A stretch of 64,000 bases of DNA from Lama glama (GCA_028534125.1 CM052817.1:53880001-53944000), one strand, 5' to 3'. Counted from the stretch's first letter, positions 27,161-42,000 are shown. Numbers and translations: made by a program. Notes: a model not told the origin generated them from the letters alone.

Positions 27161-27347
27161 CATGCTTCTCACACTTTCACAAACATCAGAATCACTTGGA
27201 GAGCTAGTTTAAACACAGATTTCTGGGTTACCTCTCAATGATTCTGAGTTAGTCAGTCTGAGATAGAGTCCAGGAACATGTAATTCTAACAAGCTCCCAG
27301 GCGAGGCTAACGCTAGTGGTCCAAGGATCATACTCTGAATTGCACTG
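27161..27347. mobile_element. MER5A DNA transposon
   Basis: catcagaatcacttggagagc...acacagatttctggg...ttctaacaagctcccagg. Confidence 0.85.
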
Positions 27348-27814
27348 TGATGGGGAGCAAGGCCACTAGCATATGCAGAGACTTGGGAGGTTTCCCAAGA
27401 GTAGTGCTGGCAGTGGTGCTACACATAATACCAAGGACCATGTCTGTGGGGACAACGGTCTGCCTTTTTTTCAGCCAGGGCTAGATGATTCAATATCTCC
27501 TCTCTTCTAACCCACATTTGAGAATGCCAACCAACAACTCTAGCTAAAAGTGGGTCAGGCCAAGGTGAAACATGCAAATGCCTGTACTTTGGCTGATCTA
27601 GATTCTGGCTTATAGCTACAGCTCTGCTCCATGGTTTCTGTCTTTGGTGTAGACTATTTTGAGCAACAGTATCTTCTTCCCAATGCTCTTCTGAATGTGA
27701 GCATGTCATAAACTAACTTGTCCTGGCTCTCCAGGGACTTTCTCAGTTTTAAAATTGAAAGGCTTATGTCATGGTAGCTATCTAAATCCTAGGGAAACCA
27801 AAAAGGTTGGCCAC

Positions 27815-28345
27815 TCTACCTTGCCATTCCCCCATCAAAAGGAAGAGTCTCATTCATCTTCCTTGAATCCTTGCTTTCCTTAGTACCAGTACAGCCTTGT
27901 ACCAATAGAATGTTTCTAAAGTGATGGTACACAAGTTGCAGGGCTAGGTCAGAAAAGGCTGTGCAACTTCTACTGTTCTCTTGGAACATTTGCTGTCCAG
28001 AAGCTTTAATTTGGGGCACTCTCTTTCAGACAGCAGATGCCATGCTGAGAAAAGTCAACTTCACATGGGAAAGACACGTGTAGATGTTACAGTTATAAGT
28101 TCCAGGTAGGTCTGGGCTTCAGGTAATCAAGCCCCAAAAGTTGAGTTGTGAGTAAAGAAGCTTCCAGATGATTCTATCCTCAGTCATTTAAGTCACCTGT
28201 TCAAATCTTCTCAGCTGAGGCCATAGATATCATGGAGCAAAAACAAACCAATTCTACCATGCTAGGGACCCCAAATTCATGAGTAGAATAAAATGACAGT
28301 TATTTAATTTGGGGTAGTTAGTTATGTACCACTAGGTAATCACAA
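27815..28345 (+). mobile_element. MaLR LTR (MLT1H-like)
   Basis: accaatagaatg...gggctaggtcagaaaagg...cagctgaggccatagatatcatggagca...ttggggtagttagttatgtaccactaggtaa. Confidence 0.75.
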
Positions 28346-28989
28346 TCCCATCTAATTAAAAAGGGACCAACCTTGCTTCTATTTACTTGGCTCTTTGAAG
28401 ACTCTTGCTTAAGCATGCTGCTTCTCAGCTGAATTTAATCGTCCATCCCTTTGAGTTCTTGATTTAATCCAACCTATTAATCTAGTCTTTAAGAATATTT
28501 TTTTCTAAACAAACATTCATAAGCACTAACAATTCATTGGGCATTACCCTAAATTGACAACCTATATTATTTTATGTCTTCTTCACGATACGCTGTGATG
28601 TTATTATCCCCATTTCACAGATGCCCAAGCTGATGTTTTGTAAGCACTGGATTATGAATTCCAATACACACCTCATTCCAAAATCCTTGCTTTTAACAAT
28701 CATGCCATATTCTTCTGCTCCCACTTCTCCCCAGTCATTCTCTGATAATGCTAAATGGTCTTCTTAATTTGGAACTTTGCTTTTTTTTTTTTTTAAACAA
28801 GAGGATAGAACTGCCCTTGTACACCTATCCTATTTCAAAATAGTGTTTTCTGACACAAAGTGGCACCCTGGGTCCCCACTATACTAGAAAATAAGTTTTA
28901 ATATTTCATATGTAGAAGTACTTGCCAACTTAACACAAAATGATGAGTGATTTAATAGAGTAATATTTGACAATGTGACTTAAGGAAAA

Positions 28990-29190
28990 AAGCAGGCTTA
29001 AGGATTAGGCTGAACATGGTTTTTATCCTGGCTCCATCACTTCCTATGGTTGGATAAGTTACTTTACACTTGCTGACATTCCATTTTTTTATTTGTAACA
29101 GAAGGATGATGATGATGATTATAATGATGATATCTTGTAATACTGTGATGATTATTAAATAAGAAGACATAAAGTGCCCCAAAGAGTAGT
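28990..29190 (+). mobile_element. MIR SINE
   Basis: atcctggctccatcactt...ataagttact...gattattaaataag MIR core. Confidence 0.55.
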
Positions 29191-31067
29191 TGCCACATGG
29201 CAGGCACTCCCATGGCAGCTATTAATGACACGCAGGAGCTCTGAGAGGTGACTGCACTGGAATCGGGCATTCAGTGACAACTCTTAGCCATTGCACCCAG
29301 GGGAAATCCCGCAGATGGAGCAGAGTGGATGAGAAGATTTGTATAACGTTGGCTTCATCAAAGAGGCCCAGATATTGGCATCAGCATACTGTACTGATGC
29401 CAGCATCACAGAAGTCTTCTACTCCACCCAGATTCAAGAGAGATAAAAGGATTAGTTGGCAGCTGCTATTATCCTATATCTGCTTGTGGGCAAATTTGTT
29501 CACTTTCCTACCAGCATCACACATAATTCCACATTTCTCTCCAACTCTGATAATTTGATTTTGGACAATGTCAGTAAATAAAGGGTCTTAAGTTCATCTC
29601 TATATTGTTAAAGAAGAAAACAAAAAGAGAAGAGAATGAGACTGTTCTCAGGTAAGTTGTCCTAAGCTGGAGGTAGGGAAGGATGGAAACAACACACACA
29701 CTTATACACACACACACAACCGTGCTTTTTTGATTTGCATGTTAGAAAGCCACTGGGGAGCTTTTAAAAATTCCAATGCCCTGCCACCCTGAAGCTACTG
29801 AATCAAAACTCTCCACAAGTAGTTCTTGTGTAGTAGTTCACAAGTATATCCTGTAGTGAGAGGCTTTGTTCCAAAACAATAAACATATATACACCTTTAT
29901 TTCTATTTTAAAAGGTAAGTATATGGATTTGAACGTTGAAAAATAGCTTTTAGCATGGTGTTATTTTATTAACTTAAATGCAATGAGACCATATTTCTCT
30001 AAGTCAGATAAAGCACAGGAAAAATATAATGTCATATTTCTTTAACTTGAATAATTAGGCACTAACTTACTTCCTTTAAGATTGGTTTCACTGATGAGGT
30101 AGCTGGTTCTGTTTAGTGGTGGTCACCTCTTTAGGAAGAATGCCATTTTAATTCTACATACTACAGAAACAGATCATTATTGCAGACCCATAATCACAGT
30201 TACTTCCCAGCACTTAATCAGAATGAAGTTATAAATACCTGTTAATAATGTTTTTTTAAATTTGAATTTCTTGTACTTCTTACAGAACTGCATGAGGTTA
30301 CTGCTGTTTCTATGCCATGCTTTTCAACTTACAAATTGGAAAGAGAACAATAATACTGAGAAAATGTGGAATTCTGGATCACTGAAACCTACATAATGAT
30401 TAGGGACTTCATTTCTAAATGTTTAACATCATTTTTCAACATCAAGGAATTAGAAAAAAACTAACAAGAACATTAAAAACCATCATGACTGCAGTATGAA
30501 AAAACTAAATGTAGCTACTAATTTGCAATATTACCACTAAGAATACTTTTATTATTACTTGATTTGTAAATTATTTCAGAGTTCTAAGAATTTCACCTAG
30601 TTTCCTTTCTGCTTATCTGGATTAATAGGTAGAAAAAAAAGATATAGCCCATGTTAAATTGAACAGTCCTAAATAAGGATATTTAAAAATTTTACTAACC
30701 ATCCATCCATTAGATATTTTTCAAATGCAAGCTCTACTGTAGGTGGTACATTAAGCACTGAAAAATACACAGGTAAATGAGCCCAGAAATGCTAACAGTA
30801 TAGTATATATACATATATTTCATACCTAGTATATGTATAGAATAATGATTATGGAAGTATTCATAGCAATACAGCATTGATTTTACTTCTCAAATTTAAT
30901 TTACTGATTCCTATCCTGTAAATTCTAATTCCCTAGCCATATCCTAGCTATATTCTTTTCTCCATCAATCCATAGACATGATGCTATTCACAACTATCAC
31001 TTCAGACTTCTTTCCATAGGTTGATGACAAAAAATTTTCCATCTCTAAGACAGACCTTTTTATAGAT

Positions 31068-31396
31068 CAAGGGTCAGCAAATTAGGGACCTTTGGCCAAA
31101 TCTGCCCCATTGCCTGTTTTTGTATAGTCCATAAGTGCAGAATATTTTTTCTCTCTCCATTTTTAATAGTTATGAAAAAAAGAATGCTTCATGATGTGAG
31201 AATAATATGAAATCATATATTAGTGTTCATAAAGTTTTACTGCAACACAGCCTGCCTCATTTGTTTACATAATGTGTATGGCTGCGTCCCAGCTTCAACA
31301 ATAGAACTGAGCAGCTGTGAAAGAGACCTTCTATAGCCTTCATAGACTAAAGTAGTTATTATTTGATCCTTCATAATAAAAGTTTGCCAGCTCCTG
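31068..31396. mobile_element. MER58-like hAT-Charlie DNA transposon
   Basis: Termini caagggtcagcaaa and tttgccagctcctg. The 8-bp flanks ttatagat/ctctagat fit the Charlie NTCTAGAN target. Confidence 0.85.
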
Positions 31397-31429
31397 CTCT
31401 AGATCATTTTATTTACTACCTTTTGGGTG

Positions 31430-32350
31430 TGTCGCCTCTGCGACCCATTGGTATCTCAAACTCAGTATGCTAAAACATAACTCATTATCTTTCCTCACAA
31501 ACCACTTCTGTTCCTTTCAATAATGAAGTCATCTGGGACATATTTACTCTTACCACTTATCAATGACTTAAGTTCCAAATGATTCTGCCTCATCGAAGTA
31601 TCTCACATTTGTCTTCCTCTCTCTCATTTTGCTAAACCTTAATTCATCTTTCATGTGGCCTATTAAAAGTTATTCAACACCTTTCTCAGCTGTCTACAAT
31701 CTTATGTTCCTCCAAAGCTTTCCTCAGCATTCTGCCCCGACACACTTAAGGGCTGTTGCAATGCCTCTCTTAGGTCTATTATTCCATCATAGTGGAGGAA
31801 ACTGGTAGTGCTTAGGTGGTAGGAAGTTAAAATAAAACCCCAAGACTTACAGACAGGCAAGTCACCTTCATTGTCCTTGATCAACAGTTGTTATAATAAC
31901 CTGATCATCTTATTCCCTTATTTAAAACTCTAGCCCCCTATAACCCAGAGTTTTCCCGTATTTCTAGGCTTTTTTCTTACAGAAGGTTTTCTCATATAGA
32001 CTCTCTACTCCCAACATGATTGAGAAATTCTCGAACACTAGCACTTGCCTGAATTTGACATACTGCTTCAGTCTTCTGACTATGCCTTTGGTTCCTCAAC
32101 TTTTTTGTCATGATGAAAGATGATTAAGCTCTGGAATCACTAGTCCTGCAAAGCTTTTGTAAACTGTCCCTATCCTCTGAAATTGATGATTCCTTCTTCA
32201 ATGCTCTCAATGGACCCAGTCCAACAGTTTACTTAATTACTCTTATTGATTATCTGCCCAATGTCCTGTACTAGACTGTTATTTCCTCGAAATTAGGGAC
32301 TAAGTTTGTATCTTCACAGCCTAGCAACTGGTAGGCATTTGATTTTGGTC
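31430..32350 (+). mobile_element. Degraded L2 fragments
   Basis: catctcaaactcagtatg-like and tagactgt...gcctagca...gtaggcat motifs. Confidence 0.5.
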
Positions 32351-32809
32351 GGCTGAAAAAACTAAAGGAATTATATCTATCACCTTTCAGAAACTATTAG
32401 ACAAATATTTTCTTCATTGATAGCTCATAACCCTCATAAAACCACTTTAAAATTATTTAAAGTGAATTATTAAAGTCCCAAAATGGGCCACTTGTGCATT
32501 TACTAGTAACAAGTTGCTGATATCTAAGGAACAAAATTAAATCTGTCATGATCTTTTCAATAGCCTCAAGAAAATTTTTAAAAGTGAAAAATAGTCTTTA
32601 TTGATATTCCCAATCACTATCTCAATATTCTGTACTGATAGTCAATTCACTCACTAAACAATGTCTTTTAAATCAGAACTTCTATCTGTTGACAAGCAAA
32701 CAAATAACATTTTTTTCAAAGTTTCTGGATTTTATTGCTTCTGGAAAATTCTTCAATACAAAAACTCAGTCAATTCTATAACTGAGAGACTTTTGGTTTC
32801 ATAATTTTT

Positions 32810-33860
32810 TTTCTTTTTTAATTAAATTTTTATTTTACAATTAAAATAAACTGGTTTCTAGTTTACTACATGAAATCTGCAAAGTAATCTGGTTTCCTAT
32901 ATACTTAGCACTCAGTTTCCCCATTTTTAACATCTTACATTACTATAGTACACTTGTCACACAAACCAATATTAATAAATTATTATTAACCAAATGCCAT
33001 GTTTATTAGCTTTTCCCTAATGTCTTTTTTCTGTTCTAGGATCCCATCCAGGATGGCACATTACATTTAGTTGTCATGTCTGCTTAGCTTTCTTTAGACT
33101 GTGACACTCTCTGACATTTTTTTGTTTTTGAAGATCTTGACAATTTTGAGGAGTGGTAGTTAGATAATGTGTACAATGCTCTTAAATTTATGGTTGTCTC
33201 TTGTCCTTTTCTCACAGTTAGAATGTGAATGTAGATTTGGGAAAGATGGCCACAGAGGTGAAGCACCATTTTAATCACATAACTTTTAGTGTATGTGCTA
33301 TTAACATGTCTGATTGATGATGAAATAAGCAAAGATCATCTGACTGAGGTACTGTTTCCCTTATTTCTCCACTGTAAACTTACTTTTCGGTTTTCCCCCT
33401 TCCATATTGTATTCTTTGATAACATGCTATTACATGTAACTTACACCAAAGGTGTGGGAATTAAGCTCCATCTTGTTGAGGAGGGAGTATCTACACAAGT
33501 TATTTGGAATTTTTTTCTATAGGAGATGTGTCTCTCCTTCATTTATTTAATCATTTATTTGTATCACTATGGACTCATGACTATATATTTTATACTTTAG
33601 ATGTAATCCAATTCTACATCATTTATTTAATCTGTTGCACAAATTATTTCAGCTTTGGCCATGGGAGCTCTTTCCCACTGGTTGCTCTCATCTCTTTTTG
33701 ACAAGTCCCCATTGTTTTATTTTTTGAGACCTTTCTTATTTTCTGGCACTCAAGACTTTCCAGGCTCATATGGTGAGACATTTCTCCAAGGAGTTTTTCC
33801 TTTGATTGGAGAATCATATTAGAAACCAAGACTTGGGTGCTGGATGGTTTCTTTTACTTT
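32810..33860 (-). mobile_element. Old L1 (L1MC/MD-like) 3'UTR
   Basis: ttaacatcttacattactatagtaca...ctaggatcccatccaggat...cagctttggccatgggagctctttc. Confidence 0.85.
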
Positions 33861-34681
33861 TGATATTGGCTTCATTTTGCAAGGAAAGTATTGACCAGTC
33901 AACTTTCTGGATGCCCTCCATTAGAATTCCATCAATCTTCCTAATGAATATAATACAATCATTTTCACATGCATATGTGTGTATTTCTACAAATAAAGAG
34001 GCAATAAATTCCCAGATACTCTGGCTTATAAATATGCCAAAATAGAAGGTTTCTAGAAAAATAAACCAGGCCAAATGGTAACTAATATATCAGCATCCAT
34101 AACTACTCAAAAAGATAGATATGCTTTCAATGTCAAGTACAGATCTTTTAAGTCCAGGCTACAGAAAAGAGGCTATAAATAAAAAACGACTATGTTCTGG
34201 AATCATTATAGTTCATACTCTCCACTTTCGGTTCTCCTTGTTGAGTTTTACAAATGAACTTGTACCCTAGTACTGTGACTGGGACTCCAGGAAAGTAAGA
34301 ATAAATCTCAAATATTAGGAACCGAATATAAAGATCAATTTAAAGAATGCAAATCATGTAAAAAAATGCTTCAGCAAGTGGCTCTGAGATAACACTCTTG
34401 GTAGGTCAGAGGTAAAGGACACAAATGTGCTTCTTTAGTGTCTCTAGGAGAGAAAAGTTCTTCAAAATAATTAAAGCAATAATACTTCTTTATGGTAGAA
34501 AGTACTTCTTAATTTTTTGAAGTATTTTCAAAGCCACTATGCTGCAGCTGAAAGTAAAATTATGTAGTAAAAAATAAGAAAATTTGCAGATGATGAGACA
34601 ATAAACACACTGTGAAAGCTTACTAATGTTTTGGGAGAGGAAAATCTGGTCATAATATTCCACTCTCCTCAGAAATAAAAC

Positions 34682-35390
34682 TGTGGTATAAGAAAAAATC
34701 TATCTAGTCTTTGTCCCAAGTTCCTGGCACAGAACTCCTAAAATCTTTGGAATTTCCTGAGTGATATGAATGTCTTTTATTATTCATAACAAGTTCTGGG
34801 TTTATGCTAATGAGATAACTCAGGGTGGGACCTCTAGATGGCTTCTGGAGGGGGCTGGTTAACAGAAAGACCAAACATATGATTAGAGGATGGGAAATTT
34901 AGGCCTCATTCTCCAAGCTTCTGGAAGTGGAGAGCAAGGATGGGTTATATAAACTCTTTAAAACCACAAGATTCTGAAAGTTTCTGGGTTAGTTGAACAC
35001 ATTTATGTGCTGGGAGGTGACACCCAGAGAGGACATCGAAGCTGTTCAGAAACCCACACACTATCTTACAAATCACTTCCATTTGGCAGTTCTTGAGTTG
35101 CAGATAAAGCTGTAATCCTAAATAGAGCACTCCCATGAATTCAGAGTTCCATGGTTTGTTCCACAGAATGATTAAACTTGAGGTGCGGGGAAGGAGTCAT
35201 GGGAACCCTCTGAATTTGTAGCTAGCTGGGCAGAAGTGTGGGGACCCGGGCACCCATTTGTGGCTGGCATCTGAGTGCAGGCAGTCTTCCTGGGACTGAG
35301 CTTTTAACCTGTGGAGTCTGCTCTTACTCTGGGAGTTACTGTCAGAACTGAATGGAACTGAACTGTTAGACACCGAGTTGGTGTCAGAAA
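34682..35390 (+). mobile_element. MER21-like ERV LTR
   Basis: gtctttgtcccaagttcctggcacagaactcctaaaa...ggaatttcctgagtgata...gggactgagc...gttggtgtcag. Confidence 0.8.
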
Positions 35391-36679
35391 ACAATACACA
35401 CACAAACAATATGAAAATATATCTCAAACAAATGAAAGATATACCATAGAGTCCCTTAATGTTCTTTAATCCCAGACTTTCTTTTCATAGTGCCTTCAAT
35501 GCTGTAGTAAGAAAGACAAAGAAATAGAAACAAAAGAAGTATTGCTAATATTTTGAAATTGTAACTGAGAACTTTTTTCTTTTTTTAAAGAGAATATTAG
35601 GCATCAATAGCATTCTCAGTTTGTAGTCAAAAAGGGAAGTAGCAAATGAGAGAGAAAAGCTGGGAATACATTTTGACAGAAATTAAAAAAATACTATAGA
35701 TTGCTAGTCACTTAGGAAATGGTGCTGGTATGATGCTACAAAACTTTAAACTCTAAACAGAATGTTAAAACATTGCATTCTTTCAAAATGGTTGAAAATG
35801 TGAAGGAGGGCATTTTATAAGTACAAAAGCAGGGAATAAGTCATCAGGAAGCTCTTGAAAAGACACCACAGGTGACTGCTGAAAATAGTGGCCACCAAAT
35901 ACCAGCCCAGGAACATCCACTGATCCTTTTCACTTTTCCCCAGAACTCAAAACAGTATCATTTATTCTGAGGTTTTGACCTTTATTCTCCCTTTCCTCAT
36001 TGGAGAATAGTCTTAAATATTATTTCCTATTTTGAAATGATGCCAATAATAGCTTTTAACAAACAAAATTATATATACATATAATATCCTTACTTGGTAA
36101 AAGTTTTAAGAAGTTGTCAATCTTGTGTTTCTCATCCCTTATTTATGCATATAAGTATTTATCTGGTTAAGTTTTACTAGTACAAAAAGGCCCCTTCAGG
36201 GCATGTAACCCGAATTATTAGGGTAGCTTGGGTGAACCGTGCCGAAAATATGAACAAATTAGGTAAGGAGGGTGGAATATAGAGCTGGATAAAAATTGTC
36301 CTGCATTATTTATCATTGAAAAGCAATGCATTTATCCCATTTCTTGAAGTTACTTAACAACAGCTAACTCTCAGTGAGGACTGTTGATGGCTGTGCCCAT
36401 CCTTGGAACTGACAAAAGAGGTGATCTTGTCTTAGGCCATTGAGGGCGGAGACCTAAAGGGAAACTTGAGTAAGAGGATCTTTGACAGTGCTATTCTAAT
36501 GTGGGAAAGTGATTCATTGTTTAGTAGATCCAGACTGCATGTGTATAATGTGTTATGTTAGAACACTCTGGGTTTACTGTTTTGTTTTCTTCATCCAACT
36601 TGTAAAAACCACTTGGGGGCATGATTAATTGTTAAATAAATGTTAAAATTAAAGTGAAGAATTTCCATAAATCAACATA

Positions 36680-36860
36680 TTAGCTTTGTATCTGGGCAAG
36701 TGACCACACTCTCTGGGCTTTAGTTACCTTGCCTGTAAAATGGGGAGAAATAGTGCTTACTACATAAAATTATTGTAGGATTTAAGAACAGTACTTTTAA
36801 AAGTGTATGCAAAGTTGTCAAGCATATGACTAGTGTTTAATAAATATTAGTAACACAGGC
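36680..36860 (+). mobile_element. MIR SINE
   Basis: ctgggcaagtgaccacactctctgggc...ctgtaaaatgggg...taataaatattag. Confidence 0.7.
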
Positions 36861-39800
36861 TGTCAATAATAATAACAGTAGTGTCACGGGGATATACCAA
36901 GATCAGAGAGATAAATTATCAAAATTTCCTAAATTTGCTTAACAGTGCAAATTCTGTTTCATCAACACAAGTCTAAAACATTAAGAATCTGGGAGATAAG
37001 CCCTGGGAATCTTTATGCCACGTCATTCTTGTGGCTATTACAGTATGGAAACCACCAGGGCCTTAAGGAGATACTGGTTTACATTTGTTCTATATGTTTA
37101 TATTTCTTTAAGAAATAGTGGATGCTTAAGGCAATCAGTGATACTGGATTATTAAATCCTGTCCCTGTGAGTCCAGAGGGTAGACATTGTGCTAATTAAG
37201 AATAGAAGTACAAAGGGAGACAAGCTCTGACAGAGACATACCGCTAGGGCACAAAAGTTTCTTCTACAGCCAGTAGTAGTTGGTGATTTGAAAAAGAAGG
37301 AAGTTAGACACAGTTCTGAAAAGTAAGAAGCTGAGTTCTAAAACAGGATTCTTCTTTGGGCAAAAAGGTACCTGTGCAGGTACCTGGTAATTCCACATAT
37401 TTTGAGACTTGACTCAAAGACTTTTCCATATTTAATTTTACACATTCTAACTAAATATAATAAACAGACTAAATAACTATGGCATCTGCATTTCAAAAAC
37501 AGTGGTTTTTTAATTGTACTAAATAATACATCAATGTAATATCAGTGTTAACTAAGCAGAATTTAGAGAGACCAAGACAAACTTCCTTTTTAAAAAAGAT
37601 CTTTTAAAAAACTGTTCTAATGAGTAAAGAAAACCACAATAATATGGCCACCCTCAAATTTGTTATTTTCCATCCTGGAGACCTCCCAACATGTAAACTT
37701 AAAGATCTAAATTTTAAATTGCTTAGGCAAAACTTAGACAGTAACAATATATATTTTACTAGGACATTTTTGTCTCCATAAACACATGCATAATTACATA
37801 ATCGGTTCTGGACAAACGTCAATCTTTTTTTCTAATTGTATAGCAAAACAAGTCTTTACCATTGTATATTGATAATGTTTTTCAAGATTTAAAGAAGTAA
37901 ACACACTGCATCTATTACATTATATCAAAAGCACATAAACAGTTTCACATGTCATTGGAGAGGTTTATTCTGTCCAATACCTCAAAGAAAAAAAAAAACT
38001 CTTTAAAATTTAATTTCAGGAAACATGAGTGTAGAGTAAAACTTTTTACAAAATCTCTACCGAAGTTTCTGTGTAGTAACTGTCCCCTAAAAAGTGACAC
38101 TTCAGTGCATTGATTCAAGCCCCTTAATTTGTTATTCACATTATAGGTACTTAATAAATGCTCTTAAAATGAATATACAAAAACTATTCTGAGCTATACA
38201 TCTTTGCTCATTTAAGTTAATATACTAAAGATTGTCATAATTTCTCTGCATAATGTGACTTTTGGATAAATCACTACACTTAAAAAGAAACAGATAAAAG
38301 ACTTGGATATTAAGGTAATATATGTGATAAAAATAGTAGATGAAGATAAAACTATATGTGTTACAGAATAAAAGATATGAAGTATTCAATTCAAATTTCT
38401 ACTGTTGAATGATTAAAAATGCCATTTGGCTCACTTTTTAGTTCACTTCCATTATTAGGAAATGTGCTTTTCTTTAGTTCAATAAGGTAATGCCATTGGG
38501 GAAGATGATTCCATTTGGGGATAGAATTTTCAATAGCAGTATATCTCGATAGGAAATAATTTATATTTTACTCTATCTAAAGTTATCTTTTCCCCTTTTC
38601 CCTTTCGTTGCGCAGGGGATTCTTTCTAAATAGACTATTGAAAAAAATTTTAGATTTTCCATCTATATTTAAATTTCCACTGCCTAAAATCCTATATAAC
38701 ATAAAAGATATTTAATGCTGTTATGAAGAAGTAATAGACCTGCCCAGAGTATCTAAGTGAAAAAGGCTACAAAGAAAATGCTGTCTAGAAAGATCCCAGA
38801 GAACCAGTGTTGTTATGTTGACAGTTTTTCTATAATTAACAATACAATTTTCCTGTATAGTCTGAAACTCTATAGCCTAGAACAGTATTAGGGCAAAGGA
38901 TCTAAAATAGATCAGGACTGTTCACTTAGTTACTAAGGTTAAGTTTATCATCTAACAATGGCAAAAGCTAAAGTCTGATATAAGAACCCATTCTACTCTT
39001 TATATTTCACAATGGTAAGTATGTAGTAAACTGAATAACAGCACTTAAAACCTGGACAGGAAACTCAATCATTTAATTTCTCTAAGATTCAGTGTCTGTA
39101 TCTTTCAAATGGAAAAAATTTGATAATAATAATTCAGAATTGTTATGAGAATAAAAGAAAACAATAAGCACAAGTTTCTTAGCAGAGTGCATGTGGCCAA
39201 TGGCATGTGTTCAGTAAATATTAAGAGAATATGGACTGATCATCCAATGTTCTGAGTTAAAGAATTCCTCTAGCTATTGTTTTCATTAAGATCTGGATCA
39301 GAGGGCACTACATACCTATTAGGAGTTAAGATACTGATATGCACAATAGGAGAAATTAGGAAAATAAAATAATGCCAAAAATCTGCCTGAATATGCTATA
39401 TTATACCATTACAATTCAAGTAAATATTTTTCAAGTCAGTCTGTTTTACAAAAGCATTCTGTTTACAAGTGATGTGTTTATACCTAAAATACCCATGGCA
39501 ATGTTTACTGTAGTATGAAAATATTTTAAGCAGTCCTCAAATTAGGAGTAAACTAAATGTGTTTGGATACGTTGATTGTATTTTCTCTTTGTTTGTAAGA
39601 AATACAGTGTCAGCTGGCATTTAGATATTAAAATAGAATAATATTTGTCAGAAAGAATTGGAAATTTAACCTAAAGACAATTAAAATCAGAGATGAGAAA
39701 TAAAAGATACAGAACTATTTCTAAAGGTTACATATAACTTCCATACAAAATGGATAAAAAGACCCCCCAAAAATGCTGCAGAGAGAATATTTAATGGGGT

Positions 39801-40699
39801 AGGAAGAATTAAGATACACCAGCTTGTGCTGAGTGAAAAAAGGTGGATACAGTTTTTGAACTGTATCCCACAGAAATTATGTAAAATCCAGAAAACACAT
39901 TAGAATCCATCCTAATGATACAGAGAGCTTGAGCACTCAGTGGAGCTGGGTAAGAAAGACAGCAAACTGCATTCAGAAGTTTGTGCCCTTGGGAAGCAAT
40001 ATTGCATTGGTAAGGGAATGCTAAAATATCATTGGAATTAAAGTGAAATTTGAGCATCTCTATAAGTGGACAGGACTTTTACTAATAGTAGTATGTGCTC
40101 TAATAAAAGAAAGTGACTTCTCATGGTAGACTATTGTGAGGGGAAAAAAAATTCAAGAAGAAAAAAGGATCAGTAGAACATAAAGCAGAGAGAAAAGACA
40201 TACAGACCAGCTGAAAATGAATAATTCTTTTACAACACTGGCTAAGACTTTTTACCAGATGAAAAACTGGTTACTACTATAACTTTACTGCATATAGCTA
40301 AAAGCTAAACTTGCTAAATGCATATACTTCCTATTAGTTGGTTCAGTTATTCTTAAGTATTTAGATACCTTTATAAAGCATTTCTTTAAGTATTGGTATG
40401 AACAGAGATCTGAATGGGCTGGAACTTTGTTCACTGCATTCTGTCATAATCTAGATACCTGTGACATCAGAGGCACGTCAGAAAATCCTAAGTGTATTTT
40501 AATTTTCGTATTATTTGTATATAAAAGGGAACAGTCAGTCACAAGATGCTAAATTAGGCCTTTTAGAAAGTTTGGTAATTTAATTAATTTCTCCTTGTAT
40601 AAGTTAATACTACTAATATTATTGACCTACAAGTAAAAACTACTATTCACTCATTATCAAAATAGATAATAGATTTATTGAATAAAATTTAAGATGTAT

Positions 40700-41119
40700 A
40701 GAATTACGGGTTAAAATGTGTCCTCTGAAGAGCCTGGTTGAAGTCCTGACCCTGTGTGAATGTGGCCTGACTTTATAAAAAAGAATCTTTGCAGACGTAA
40801 TCAAGTTAAGATGAGGTCATACTGGAGTAGGGCAGGCCCTGCTTGACTGGTGTTTGGAGACAGAGACTCACAGGGAAGACAGAAGATGGAGGCAGAGATT
40901 GGAACTATCTTGCCTCTAGCTAAGGAACTCTGGGGGCTACCAGAATTTTGAAGAGGCAAGAAAGGGTCTTGTCCTAGAGGCTTTGGAGAGATTATGGTCC
41001 AGCTGACATCTTCACTTTGAACTTCTAACTTCCAGAACTATGGAGAGAATAAATTTCTGTTGTTTGAAGCCATTAAAATATGTGGCAATTTATTACAGCA
41101 GCCTTAGGAAGCTAATGCA
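40700..41119 (+). mobile_element. MaLR LTR (MLT1B/C-like)
   Basis: tttgcagacgtaatcaagttaagatgaggtcatactggagtaggg...gaagatggaggcagagattgga...aataaatttctgttgtttgaagcca. Confidence 0.9.
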
Positions 41120-41399
41120 TGTGGTTTCAGAATTAGAAGTAAGAGCTACTATATCTCAATACCAAAATTTGGGGATGGTTTACAAGATAAAATTTTAGAC
41201 ACAGTAGATGCTTTAAAAACATTCTGCCCTTCTTCTATTACTATTTATATATTATTTTCATTTAACATGAAAGTCCAATCAGGACTTTTAAGCAACAGAA
41301 TTCTATGATAAAAATTTAATGATTCTTCACAGAAAAAGGGTAATATCTACTTTCAAGTCTCACACACACACACACCTCTCCTTAAACTGGTAAACACTT

Positions 41400-42000
41400 T
41401 CCCTACATGGCCCTAAAGAATTGGTGAGATTTTGGGGAAAGGCCTGCTTAAATTTTATATTAGTGTAATGTTTCTGCAGGACAATTGTCAATGAATATTT
41501 AAAAAGATGTGACAGCACTTTGCTTATTCATTAATTTAGTAATTTCATTACTTAGGAATTTAGTCTAAAGATATAACCATAGATAGGCATAAAATATATA
41601 AATCAGACAATTTGCAAGAATATTCATTGCAGTGCTATTTATCATATGAACTAACTGGAATTATACTAAGTATACTCCATAGTATGAGATTAATTGAATA
41701 TATTATTTATACGCATACAAATGAAATGTATCAGCATTAATAATAATATAGAAAAACATTTATTGATGTAAACTTTTTTCATAACCTATTTTGCAATTAA
41801 TAAAATGTACTGTAAAAGAGAATGTATAATATAAACAGAACAGAAGGTTAGGTGTTTATGAACTAAAATAATAAAATAAAGTAATAAATAATAAAATAAT
41901 AACATTTGTAATATCTGGGAATATATTAATATTGTTTAATTTTATTCTTTTTTACTTTCTAATATGTTCTACATGAGCAAGTGTATCACTTTTAATAGAA
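41400..42000 (+). mobile_element. Very old L1 (L1ME-like) 3' fragment
   Basis: ttaggaatttagtctaaaga...gcaagaatattcattgcagtgctatttat. Confidence 0.55.

Noticed and set aside
28952..29270. ORFs with poly-Ile or poly-His
   Set aside because: They arise from an (ATG)n microsatellite within a MIR.
29814..29830. Small hairpin cacaag-tagtt-cttgtg
   Set aside because: A 6-bp stem is expected by chance in 64 kb.
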